Positions 21,483 to 32,838 of a DNA stretch of 64,000 nucleotides are shown here, one piece after another (position 1 is the first letter of the stretch; every line of letters starts with the position of its first letter). The stretch comes from Macrostomum lignano (lineage: Eukaryota). The position numbers and the translations under genes are program-made. The notes beneath the pieces are model-generated. The model saw nothing but the letters and a program-made list of their open reading frames with translations, was not told the DNA's origin and ran no database searches. Location: positions 372,001 to 436,000 of the forward strand of contig NIVC01000419.1 of assembly GCA_002269645.1 (NCBI GenBank), read 5' to 3'.

Positions 21483-23830
21483 GCGCGGCCCAGTCATTCA
21501 ACTGGCGAGAGAACCCAAAGGAGTCGAATTGTCATCGAAGTCTCAATCTACTTTAGCAACAACGAAAAATCACGTTGCTCGATTTAGGAAATTTCTTCGA
21601 GAGAAAAACCTGCCCGACGACATCGAGGTGATGCCACTTCGCTACTTAGACGGTTATTTGCGCCTCTGGTAGGTAAGTCTGCGACAGGGAAGCCTCTATG
21701 GTCACTGCGCTCCCCAGGAAGGGACACTAGTTTAGGCAGCATACAAGTTTAGGGGTAAAAACCCAATTGGAAAGCAGTGAATGAATAGGAAAATGCAACG
21801 TTTTTCATTTCTATGATTGATAACTTTTTAACCAAAAGTCATAGAAAGATGCGGTTTGCACTATTCAACGCAAAACATTCAGAACTTTAGGTCTCCAAGG
21901 TTAAGTTGTATTATTCAAAAAACTTCCGTTTTATTAGTTAGAGAAAAATACTTTACAACCCTTCAGGCCATGCAAACATATGAAATAAAAAATAAAATGG
22001 TTACCCTTAGGTGATAATTAAGCAAAAGAGAGTGAAATTAACTTACCTACAGAGCAGAAAAGTGCTGGGGCAAGCTGTATACAAATAGCACTTTGTATGA
22101 CTCTATAAAACGAAAGCAAAGTCTACTACGAGTATACATCAGAGCTATAGCTCATTTCTCAGATAGTTTTGACTTCAAAATGTTTGTGCCTCATCCTCGC
22201 AGCGACGCATGGTACTCTCTCGCCGAGTCTGAACAGATGTCATTGTGGTAGGTCGCTTCTCAGGAACAGTTTCGATGAAGTAGGATGGCGCGTTTGGAAA
22301 GATGCTGGGTACGGCATCAGAAGTCAACCAACCGTCGATTTTTCAGCTTCTTTGCTTGTCCATCTGCATATGCAAATGCGGAGCGCTTACGGCTGGAGTT
22401 GGAGTCCTGAGAGTTGGTTAAAAAGAACCTTTCCGAAAAATGCAGCGAGCAGATCCGGTATTTGTGCTTTGGATCGCAGCGCAACGTCTCCAACTCTGCT
22501 GCTGTCCACTTTCGGGGAATTGCAGAGATCCATTTCCAGAAGCTCCGGCTGTGTACAGATTCTTTTTCCAGTTAGCAAGCTATGAAATACGAGAGGTGTT
22601 ACAAAAGTTCGCGTACCAACTGCTCTAGCGAGAAATCGATAAGCAGCAGCATCATTTCATATTCTATGCCATTCCCCTAAATTTTTGTATAGCGGAGTGG
22701 GGTGGGGTGGGTGAGTGTCCCTTCCTGGGGAGCTCAGCGACCATAGAGGCTTCCCTGTCTGCGAGCTAATCCTGCGCTTGGAACAAAGACCTATGCACCA
22801 GATATGATTAGTGGCTTTCGGGCTACTAGTGGCTTCACCGATTTGTAAAGGAGACACGCGCCATTGATGTCATTGGCAACGAAGCATTCAGGCTGAGTAA
22901 TGGAACATATTGCTGCGTGCTAAGAGTCAGTTTGTTGCCAGCTAAGAGAGCGAACTTCGGGCGAGCAACCTGGATTCAAAGCGATCACGGAGTTGGACAT
23001 GATCCTTCTGAAGCAATACTTTAATTGACGGGATCCAGGGCGGCTTCAGGATGAAGTATTCTTTAATATTGTCTATCATTTCGGGTTTTGAAGTCGTGAA
23101 TGGGTTAGGGGCATGAAGGTGTCGTAACTAAAGTTCTCAGTGGTCAATGGTACAAGGTACATTGATAAGATTCAAGCTGGTCCAGAGAAGACTATCACTG
23201 CCGAGGACCGTGGCAAATGCACGACAAGCAAGCAGATAAGAATATTCAGCAAACAAAGCCCAAATTGTCCAGTGGCAGCGGTGGACCTGTAGCTCTCAAA
23301 GCTTCCACCAGGAATTGATGTTTTGTTTCCGAAGCCTAAGTTCAGGCCTGATTCTGCTATTTTGGTATTCACCCAAGCAGGTTCTTGGAAAAAACACGCT
23401 ATTCGACATGATGAAGAGAATCTCAAAACGCGCTGGTCTGCAGCTTCAATACACCAACCATTGCATTCGTGCAACAGACGTAACTAACCTGACGGAAGCC
23501 GAACACAGTCTGCAGGAGATCAAATCCGTAACAGGTACGTCGTATTGTTATGCATAGAATTATCTCATCTCAAGGTACATATAGATTTTCAAATCTATCA
23601 CCATTTCACAGGGCATGGGAGCGACGCGGCTGTGGAGCGCTATGTCAGCAGAATTTCTGAGAAGCGGAAGCAAAACATTTCCGACTCGCTTTGCATCGCT
23701 CTAAATGGAGATTCCCTGTCAGATGCTGCCTCCTCATTAAAAAGCCATCATTAACTAACGCGGAGAAGCCAATCGCCGTGCTTGAAAAGGATGATGTGCG
23801 ACTCAGCTTCTACTTTAACAATAAAGCCTT
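21481..23830 (+). pseudogene. Crypton-type (DUF3504-like) tyrosine recombinase pseudogene, intron-containing, split by a P-like insertion
   Basis: STLATTKNHVARFRKFLREKN...YLDGYL, then across the insertion SLRANPALGTKTYAPDMI...IDVIGNEAFRLSN, DPGRLQDEVFFNIVYHFGF*SRE, NCPV, VLGKNTLFDMMKRISKRAGL..YTNHCIRAT (H 23459, R 23468), VTG|HGS (intron 23535-23611), and catalytic Tyr TAT at 23641. Stops at 21670, 23026, 23089, 23125 and 23290, plus frameshifts. Confidence 0.85.
21685..22757 (-). mobile_element. Non-autonomous P-superfamily element with a decayed THAP domain
   Basis: 44-bp TIRs (42/44 identical) starting CAGGG. 7-bp TSD TCTGCGA at 21678-84 and 22758-64. Minus strand has VFHS, KWISAIPR, RICSLHF and DAVPSIFP (about 22295-22660). 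Confidence 0.88.
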
Positions 23831-24559
23831 TTGGCATAGCAACAGCAAACTAACTGCTTTTGTTTATAAATTTTCTTTTGTTATTATGCTGATTTATACT
23901 GTTATAATTATACTGTTAAAATTATATTTTTTCTACACTTGATAAAAAATGTCATAGACTAAAATCACAGGCAGACACTGACGACTCCGAGGGCCGTGCG
24001 GCCCGCAAAATCGTGGGACAACACAGTTCTGCTTTGGATTTCCGGGTAGGGATGATATATTCCTGCACGGTCACGAGTGCGGGAATGCGAGTGCGCGCTA
24101 GCGCACGAGTGCACGATGTCCTTCACGCACGAGTGAACGTGAAAGAATTCCATTGTCGGATGATTCATCGTGCAGGAATGCACAAAACCGTGCAGGAATG
24201 CATTTCTGCGCCTAATGCTTTTTCAGTGATATTTTACCATAGACATCCATTCCTGCACGCAAAAGAGTGCAAGAATGCCATTCTTGCATGGAAAATCAGC
24301 CGACAATGAGGCGGACGATCATCGGTCTGCTTCGTAGAACTCGTATTCCACTCATTCCTACCCTCAAATTTATAGACAGAACCATTAGTTCTATGGCAGG
24401 AGAAAATGCTTGTGGTGTTCGATCCCAATTTGCCCGATATGTTGAACAATTTGCACGATATATTTTGCGGCTTAAGGCAGGAAACAGCGTCGCAGTGTGT
24501 AACCTTCTGCTGACACTTTAAAGAAGTGCGGAAGTAGCGCCTCTGTCTTAAAACGCTGT

Positions 24560-26285
24560 GTCTCTGTCCTTAAAAAGGTGCGTCTCTGTCCCTGGAAGTC
24601 TGTGTCTCCCTCCGTGGAAGGGTGTATCTCCCTCTCCTTGGAAGGGTGCCTCCCTCCTTGGAATGGAGTCTCCCTCCTTGGAATGGAGTCTCCCTCCTTG
24701 GAATGATGTCTCCTCCTTGGAAGGGGGTCTCCTCCTTGGAATGGTGTCTCCCTCCTTGGAATGGAGTCTCCCTCCTTGGAATGGTGTCTCCTCCTTGGAA
24801 GGGGGTCTCCTCCTTGGAATGGAGTCTCCTCCTTGGAAGGGTGTCTCCTCCTTGGAATGGAGTCTCCCTCCTTGGAATGGTGTCTCCTCCTTGGAAGGGG
24901 GTCTCCTCCTTGGAATGGAGTCTCCTCCTTGGAAGGGTGTCTCCTCCTTGGAATGGTGTCTCCCTCCTTGGAATGGTGTCTCCCTCCTTGGAATGGAGTC
25001 TCCCTCCTTGGAAGGGTGTCTCCTCCTTGGAAGGGGGTCTCCTCCTTGGAATGGTGTCTCCCTCCTTGGAATGAAGTCTCCCTCCTTGGAAGGGTGTCTC
25101 CTCCTTGGAAGGGGGTCTCCTCCTTGGAATGGAGTCTCCTCCTTGGAAGGGTGTCTCCTCCTTGGAATGGAGTCTCCCTCCTTGGAATGGTGTCTCCTCC
25201 TTGGAAGGGGGTCTCCTCCTTGGAATGGAGTCTCCTCCTTGGAAGGGTGTCTCCTCCTTGGAATGGTGTCTCCCTCCTTGGAATGGTGTCTCCCTCCTTG
25301 GAATGGAGTCTCCCTCCTTGGAAGGGTGTCTCCTCCTTGGAAGGGGGTCTCCTCCTTGGAATGGTGTCTCCCTCCTTGGAATGAAGTCTCCCTCCTTGGA
25401 AGGGTGTCTCCTCCTTGGAAGGGTGTCTCCTCCTTGGAATGGTGTCTCCTCCTTGGAAGGGTGTCTCCTCCTTGGAATGGTGTCTCCCTCCTTGGAATGG
25501 AGTCTCCCTCCTTGGAATGGTGTCTCCTCCTTGGAAGGGTGTCTCCTCCTTGGAATGAAGTCTCCCTCCTTGGAAGGGTGTCTCCTCCTTGGAAGGGTGT
25601 CTCCTCCTTGGAATGGTGTCTCCCTCCTTGGAATGAAGTCTCCCTCCTTGGAAGGGTGTCTCCTCCTTGGAAGGGTGTCTCCTCCTTGGAATGGTGTCTC
25701 CTCCTTGGAAGGGTGTCTCCTCCTTGGAATGGTGTCTCCCTCCTTGGAATGGAGTCTCCCTCCTTGGAATGGTGTCTCCTCCTTGGAAGGGGGTCTCCTC
25801 CTTGGAATGGAGTCTCCCTCCTTGGAATGGAGTCTCCCTCCTTGGAAGGGTGTCTCCTCCTTGGAATGGAGTCTCCCTCCTTGGAAGGGTGTCTCCTCCT
25901 TGGAATGGTGTCTCCCTCCTTGGAATGAAGTCTCCCTCCTTGGAAGGGTGTCTCCTCCTTGGAAGGGTGTCTCCTCCTTGGAATGGTGTCTCCCTCCTTG
26001 GAATGGTGTCTCCCTCCTTGGAATGGAGTCTCCCTCCTTGGAATGGTGTCTCCCTCCTTGGAATGGAGTCTCCCTCCTTGGAATGGTGTCTCCCTCCTTG
26101 GAATGGTGTCTCCCTCCTTGGAATGGAGTCTCCCTCCTTGGAAGGGTGTCTCCTGCTTGGAAGGGTGTCTCCTCCTTGGAATGGAGTCTCCCTCCTTGGA
26201 AGGGTGTCTCCTCCTTGAAAGGGTGTCTCCTCCTTGGAATGGAGTCTCCCTCCTTGGAAGGGTGTCTCCTCCTTGGGAAGGTGCC
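24560..26285. repeat. 1.7-kb minisatellite of alternating 19/20-bp units (CCTTGGAATGGAGTCTCCCT / CCTTGGAAGGGTGTCTCCT)
   Basis: Periodicity is directly visible. The long ORFs over this region are by-products. Confidence 0.97.
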
Positions 26286-27282
26286 CATCTTTTTAGTCGT
26301 TTTCTCGTTTCTGGTGTGCGGAAGAAGTTTTAAGTAACATTACTGGATTCGATATGCGTTATTGTTGTTCTCATTGGGGGGGGGGGCATAAACATGTTTT
26401 TGGGTTCTTCCTGGACTAATAGTTTATAGGAATTATCTGCAGTTGTTACCTGTCCGCCTGAGTAGCAATCAACGGGTTGCAATAGGGGTCTCGAATCCTA
26501 ATCTCGGCAGTGTTATAAAAAAGTAGCTTCCGTTGAAACGTGTTGAAAGCGTTTTTAAGGGCGCACTTCCTTAAAAATGAAAAAATAACGGAGTAACATA
26601 AAGATTAAATAATTGTAGTAGAAATAAATAATAGTATAAATAACAAAAAGCGTTGATCCGTTACTCCGTTACTCCTTACGGATCAGTAAAGGATAGTTTG
26701 AGAAAAGGTGGGAAAAATCCGGTAGAGAATCTGTAGAAGAAATAACAAAAGTTAAAGAGCGTATTCCTATTTAGCCTCTTAATGTGCTCTCGTAGCCCAG
26801 CCAAATTTGACACTCTCACTGGGTCTTGAGGGGTGACGTGAGCAGCCCATTTAAAACAAAGGTTTCATACTGTACAGGGTTCATAACCAAGAAATGCTTT
26901 GCTACGAGGGTAAAATTTAAACTGTTTAACTGAATTGCCCGAAAAGAACACGCACTGTAAGGGTTTTTCTTATCTAGCGAACAATTAGAGGCAGTAAGGG
27001 CAATCTCAAAAATGGAGTAGATTGAGAATTCGGGACAGATGCAGACAGAGAAGAGACTGTGTAGAAAATTCCAGCCGACACGAGCGAATGGACATCACTG
27101 GGCACGTTTAGCCTTGGCTGAGAACAAGAATGCAAACTCTATCCAGACACAGACAGGGTAGATAAAACTAGCACTGCTGTTTTACCTCTCCGAATGAGAA
27201 CTCGTGCAAGGCATGGACAATAAAGAATAACCTCTAAGAATGCGGCCAATTTTTTCACACTAGCTCGATTTCGCTCGCACTA

Positions 27283-29534
27283 ATGCCGAAAAGCCACCCA
27301 GAAAGCAATGATGCTAAGCGTAGTGCAATTGAAAAGAAAGCGCAAGAAATCAACGCTGTTATCGATGGCATCGGATTTGGTCGTTTTCAGGTGACAAAAG
27401 CTTGGCTTTTACTGAAAAACTTGTAGTAAGCGAATATTAGACTTCAGTGAGCAGTTAGTCTGTCAGTCAGTCAGTCAGTCAGTCAGTCAGTCAGTCAGTC
27501 AGTCAGTCAGTCAGTCAGTCAGTCAGTCAGTCAGTCAGTCAGTCAGTCAGTCAGTCAGTCAGTCAGTCAGTCAGTCAGTCAGTCAGTCAGTCAGTCAGTC
27601 AGTCAGTCAGTCAGTCAGTCAGTCAGTCGATCATTTCTGACGCGTTAATTCTATAAACGGTAAAAACTTCTCATCCCCAGGTAATCGTGATCATATTGTG
27701 CGGCCTGATACAGGCTTGCAGCACGATGCAGATCCAGTACGCCACCTTTGTCGGCCAGCAGCTACAGTGCGTCTGGCGGATTAACGACTTCTGGAAATCT
27801 TGCATGACCTCGGCTACCTTTATCGGCATGCTTGCTGGCGCCTACCTTTGGGGCCCGCTCGGTGACAAACTCTGTCGTCGCTCTGTCGACGGAATCTGCA
27901 TGGGCTGCATCGTTTTCTACGGTTGCCTGACGTCTCTGGCCCCAAACATTATCTGGATGGTCGTGCTCCGGTTCCTGGTCGGAGTTGGCGTGGGAGGCGC
28001 CCAACCGCTCACTGAGTCCTTGCTCGGCGAGTTCATGACCACGCATCAGCGGGGCCCGGCTTGGTTTGCGTATCAGGTGACAAATCTACTGATACTTATC
28101 ATTTACTTTATAATTAATAGGCACATCACAAACAAATGTAAAAATATCCGAATACTACGTGCATGACAGACACTCTGGTGTTTCGGCTCCCTATCAGAAA
28201 TTGGCATGGCATGGGTTCTGCTTGCGCTGCCTCAGGGCTGGTGCTACCTGGCCGTGGTCACAGCTCTGCCATTGTTACTCTTAACCTTTCCCTGGCTACT
28301 TTGGCTTCCTGTATCGCCCAGACAGACTCTGCTTCAAGTAATACGCTCGAGTGTTTAAATATTCTCATTATTTTTTTAATATCTGTTTATATGACCAACA
28401 GAACATCGCATGCCTAATAATTTACAGGGTCGAATTGAAGAAACTCGTCAAGCGCTGAATAAAATTACGGATACAAATTCCCAGCCTCGATACCATGGTG
28501 ACTTCTCAGTCTCAGACTGGCAACCTACCGAGGTGCGAGGCAGCGTCATAGAGCTGTTCCGACAACAACAATTCTTGCGGATGAGTCTGCAGCTTGCAGT
28601 CATTGCATTTGCCGCTGGGTTCAACTACTACGGCACAGTTCTGTTGAATGTGCAGGTGCCACTACTGCTGCAAGAACAGTGTGCAGCACCCAGTAACACC
28701 ACAAAAATATCGATTATCTATGTTAAAGCTCTTTCTGAGCGCACCTGCTACAAATGCGATCCTATTCGCTACTTCGAGCTGCTGGTAAGCTTGATACGAA
28801 GCTTAAGTTTTGTTCTGCTCAAGGCCTGAAAATTTTATTTGCCTAATAAATTTAAGATCCCAACTCTGGCCGATCTTGCTACGGCAATTTTAAACGCGTT
28901 CTTCATCGAACGCTCCTTCGGCCGTCGGCTCACCATGACGGTTGCTTTCAGCGCTGCCTCAGTCCTAATCCCTCTGCTGGCCTTCTGCATGCACAGCGCC
29001 GTCAGAATCGCTTTGTTCTTCGCCATCCGTTTCGCAATAACCAGCGGGTACCAAACGATCTGGCTGTACGTTCTCGAGGCCTATCCGACTTCTCTCCGAT
29101 CGACAGCCTCAGCATTTCTCTCGTCGTTTAGCCGCATCGCGTCGGTTCTGATGCCGTTCGTGGCCCAAATGTTCATCATTCGCGTGTCGCTTCTGGGCGG
29201 GCTGTTCATCTTCTCGGGCATTGTGGCGCTGGCTGCCGTCAGCGCCGCTCTGCTGCCCATCGAGACCAAGGACAGACCCCTGGAGCAGATGGCACATCAT
29301 GAAGAGGTGACGTATGCATAAATTTCCAGAGGCTTGCTAAATTAGGAAGAAGATTTCTTTCATTGTTTCCTTTATAATTTCTTCATTTTCAAATAGTCAT
29401 ATTTACAAGCCATGTGTTTTTAGGTCGCTGCGAAGCACTCCGGGGAGGACCTACCGGTGAAGACGAAGATTCACGAAACGATACCTTTGCAGTCAGACTA
29501 TGGCAGTGTAGAGTCATCGATCAAGACTAAATGA
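27283..29534 (+). CDS. SVOP: SVOP-like MFS transporter, copy 2, intact, 529 aa
   Basis: Exons 27283-27390, 27681-28076, 28170-28337, 28428-28784, 28857-29306, 29424-29534. Same intron positions and phases as copy 1, with no stops. Confidence 0.92.
27458..27628. repeat. (GTCA)n microsatellite in SVOP copy 2 intron 1
   Basis: Nearly pure tetranucleotide run. Confidence 0.98.
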
Positions 29535-29704
29535 ATTTTGTGTTTCCTACGAACTAAAATTCCCAGTTTTGCTTTAACTGCTGATATTTTAAAGCAATAC
29601 ATGATTTAGATTATGCGTATCGCGGGTAGTTCGTAAATACTTTATTTTTGTTTCATGGTTGTCGGAAAGTATGACTTTTCTGCTTAGTTTTCAATCGTTT
29701 ATAC

Positions 29705-30005
29705 ATAGCTTTTTGCGATTGAATTCAGCCAAACTGCAAAACCTTTCAGTCAATGGAGATTTTGCCTTCACTTCAGCTGTTTCTACCATAGACTATTTAG
29801 GACACACCGGTTAGCTGTGTGAGAAAATCACTGACTGAAAGTCTTGGCTGAAAGGTTTTTCAGTTTGGCTGAATTCATTTACAGGAGCGGGACAGCTAGC
29901 CGGTGTGTCCTAAATAGTCTATGGTAGAAGCCGCCGAAGTGAAGGCAAAATCTCCATTGGCTGAGAGGTTTTTCAGTTTGGCTGGATTCAATCGCAAAAA
30001 GCTAT
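29705..30005. mobile_element. MITE with about 115-bp inverted arms
   Basis: ATAGCTTTTTGCGATTGAAT...TAGCTGT (29705-29820) is the imperfect reverse complement of 29891-30005, with a short spacer. No clear TSD. Confidence 0.8.
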
Positions 30006-31047
30006 ATTATTTGTCGTTGTTTCTATGTCGCGCGTGTATTTATTTATTTCCCTCGGTGAATAGATAATTTATTTCCTAATTATTTCTATTGTCTTGCGGG
30101 CCCAATACAAAGGAACACATGCAGACCATAGACTAATAAAAACTAACAGAAAGCATGTATTTATTTCTTTGTTCTTCCTAGTGTGTAGTACGGGTATGTG
30201 CGTTGCTTAGGTCTTATATTTCCAACGCCATAGACAATGAATGCTACTAATTAGTAACTATAATTGTTCTGCTGTGCCCCAGCCCACAGCAAGTAGCAGT
30301 CACATATTGTGGCACATGTCTGTCATGAGTTTTTATCAGGATCTGTGCCACTTAATTTGCAGGTTCGAGCTCCATGCTTTATTTAGAGAGCAAAACTGTG
30401 GGATACCTAATTTAGGGCTCACGCACCTGGTCGAGAGCCTTGACCAAAACTAACACCACACAAATGCGCTGCAACTTCACCGCTTATACATGCATCAGTC
30501 CGATATTTTGAGGCATTTCAACGAGACAAGAAATTTTATTCTTGACAATCCGAAGGTTCTTGATTTTTCGAATTCTTCTGATACGCTACTACAGTGCTTT
30601 TTGCGTCCCGATTAATTTAATAGGCCCTAATGGGCATTCAGAAGCTGCCGAAGTTCTGTCACTGCGTGAAAATTCGTTCTCTTGTGCAAAGAATGTATAT
30701 AGCTAATTGGATAGTGCAGAGTACATGTGACAGCATACAGAATATACTCTGCGTTAAACAATTAAACAAGATGCATTGTGCCATTCATTCATTCGAAATA
30801 AGGTTCGCCCCAAGCTTTAGTTAGAGAGCAAAACTGTGAGAGGGTCAAACTGAGAGAGGGTCAAATATAATAGCCCGTAATAAACTTCTCACAAGGGAGA
30901 CATTCAGCATTCACGTGAAATAAGTTCGTACACGGGCCCGAACAGCATCTGGCACGTTTTACATCTGGCAGCATGGCTAGGATAATGGCATGCTCAGCAT
31001 GAGATTAAGTAGCTATATACAGCTAGGTTGTATGCATCGCAATATGT

Positions 31048-31861
31048 ATGCAGCTCTTAAAAAAATTCCAAAGCGGCAAGCAGTGCATCAGAGGCCGGGC
31101 CAATGGAGATCAACGATGTTATTGACGGATTTATTTATAGGTTTTTATATTTTATATTATTTTTACCTTAGAATAACAACCTACCTATAAGATCGATGTA
31201 GTCATACATTACATGGAACTTTTTTGTTATAACTACGCTCGTATTCAGACATTTTATGCGTGAATTCTATCCAATATAAATTTTTAAATGCTATCACAAG
31301 TGAATTCTTGCTCGGAATGTTTTGCTTGCCGAGTGCGTTATTTAGCATACATGTAGTTTATTCATCGAAGATTCATTGCTAGGAATTGACTGTCGAAATA
31401 GCATAAACGTAAACTTTACTCAATCCTAAACTCGAAAGTTTTGTTCTTCCCTCGTCACCAATATAGCTATAACAATTTTCTTCTTACAGATAGCCGTGAC
31501 CATCCTATGCGGCGCTGTGATGGCTTGCGACAAGATGCAGATCCAGTACGTCAGCATGATCGGCCAACAGCTGCAGTGCGTTTGGGGAATTAGCGACTTG
31601 TGGAAATCGTTAATAACTTCGATTACTTTTCTAGGAATGCTTGCAGGAGGCTACACATGGGGACCGCTTGCCGATAAATTCTGTCGGCGCTCCGTTTCCG
31701 CGATCTGCGTGGGCTACGTTTTCGTTTACGGCAGTCTGACGGCTCTGGCGCCCAATGTGATCTGGGTGGTGCTGCTTCGCTTTCTGGTCGGCATGGGCGT
31801 CGGCGGCGCTCAACCGATAATCGAAGCAAATTGGCGAGGCTCTTCTTGGTTTGCTATACAG
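31048..31861 (+). pseudogene. SVOP-like copy 3, truncated pseudogene
   Basis: Exon-1 remnant (MEINDVIDGF, lacking the GFGRFQ end and a good donor). Exon 2 at 31490-31861 has an 8-codon deletion in the EFMTT region. Exons 3-6 were not found before copy 4. Confidence 0.8.
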
Positions 31862-32838
31862 GTGAAGCCATGGAAAAATGGATTTGGAGTATTTCAGAAC
31901 TACGTGTAACGTTACTTATGCAACAAATGAAAGTGTGTTGTGGTGTTAGCGATCGATCGATCACGTCTATAGGCTATAAATAGCCAATGCTGAATTTAAA
32001 TGAAAAGACTTGACTGGAGTTTCCGAAATAGTGGATAATCTTCTGTCGAGGTGCGAGTATTTTATTATTGGCTGACAATAATTTCGGTACTTACATCTTC
32101 AAAAAGTCAATTCAAAGGTATTACAATTTGAATTGGTATATATATAATGTCAAGAGAATATTAATAATAAATAATAAGCAATGTCAATTAAAACAAAAGA
32201 ACCATGCACAAAATGTACTATAAGACCGATCGATAAATGTATTCTGAAAAAGAGTCGCATTTACGAGCAACTATGCAAATAAACCAAAGCAAATATTGGA
32301 GATCGAAGTAAATATTCCAATGACATCGTTACACTACGTATGAATTTAGGGAACCACAGATGCTTGCTACTGTAAGTACTTTTGTGCCGTTTAAAAATCT
32401 TCGAAAACAGTTTACAAAGATCCGCCACTTTTGAGTAGTCGCCCAGACAGGATTATTAAATAGGAGCTGCTAGAAACTACTTAGGTTAAGAAAGATTCTG
32501 GATAGGCAAGTGACATTGAGGTGGGCTAACTACTGCTGCGCGTGTGCTAATGCTAGTGCAGTTTCAGCAATAGGAACAGAAACAGACTGGGCTAGAGAGG
32601 CCGTCTGCACGTGTAGAAGCGGTGTGTAGGAGAACGAGTCACAGAAGCTAGACACGTTTGCAGCTGCAGGCGTTTTGTGTTTGCCTGTAACCAACCAATG
32701 AGCACAGCCAACCGCCACCCGCAAGATAAAAGAAGCTGTTTAAATACAAGTTGCTAACAGTGGGAGAACAAATAGGTTGTAGAAATTATGTTTCAGTCAT
32801 TTTGTGCTTTGCATCAAGTTGTGCGTCAAGAGATTTCA

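Noticed and set aside
21673-21678. GTAAGT as a splice donor in the Crypton gene
   Set aside because: Removing the P-like insertion restores a continuous, alignable frame through these bases.
24558-26337. ORFs of 400-570 aa
   Set aside because: By-products of a stop-poor 19/20-bp tandem repeat, open in several frames on both strands.
30361-30838. 18-bp exact direct repeat TTAGAGAGCAAAACTGTG (30383, 30821) as a retroposon TSD
   Set aside because: Similarity extends imperfectly further upstream, and the enclosed 420 bp has no convincing RT or SINE signature.
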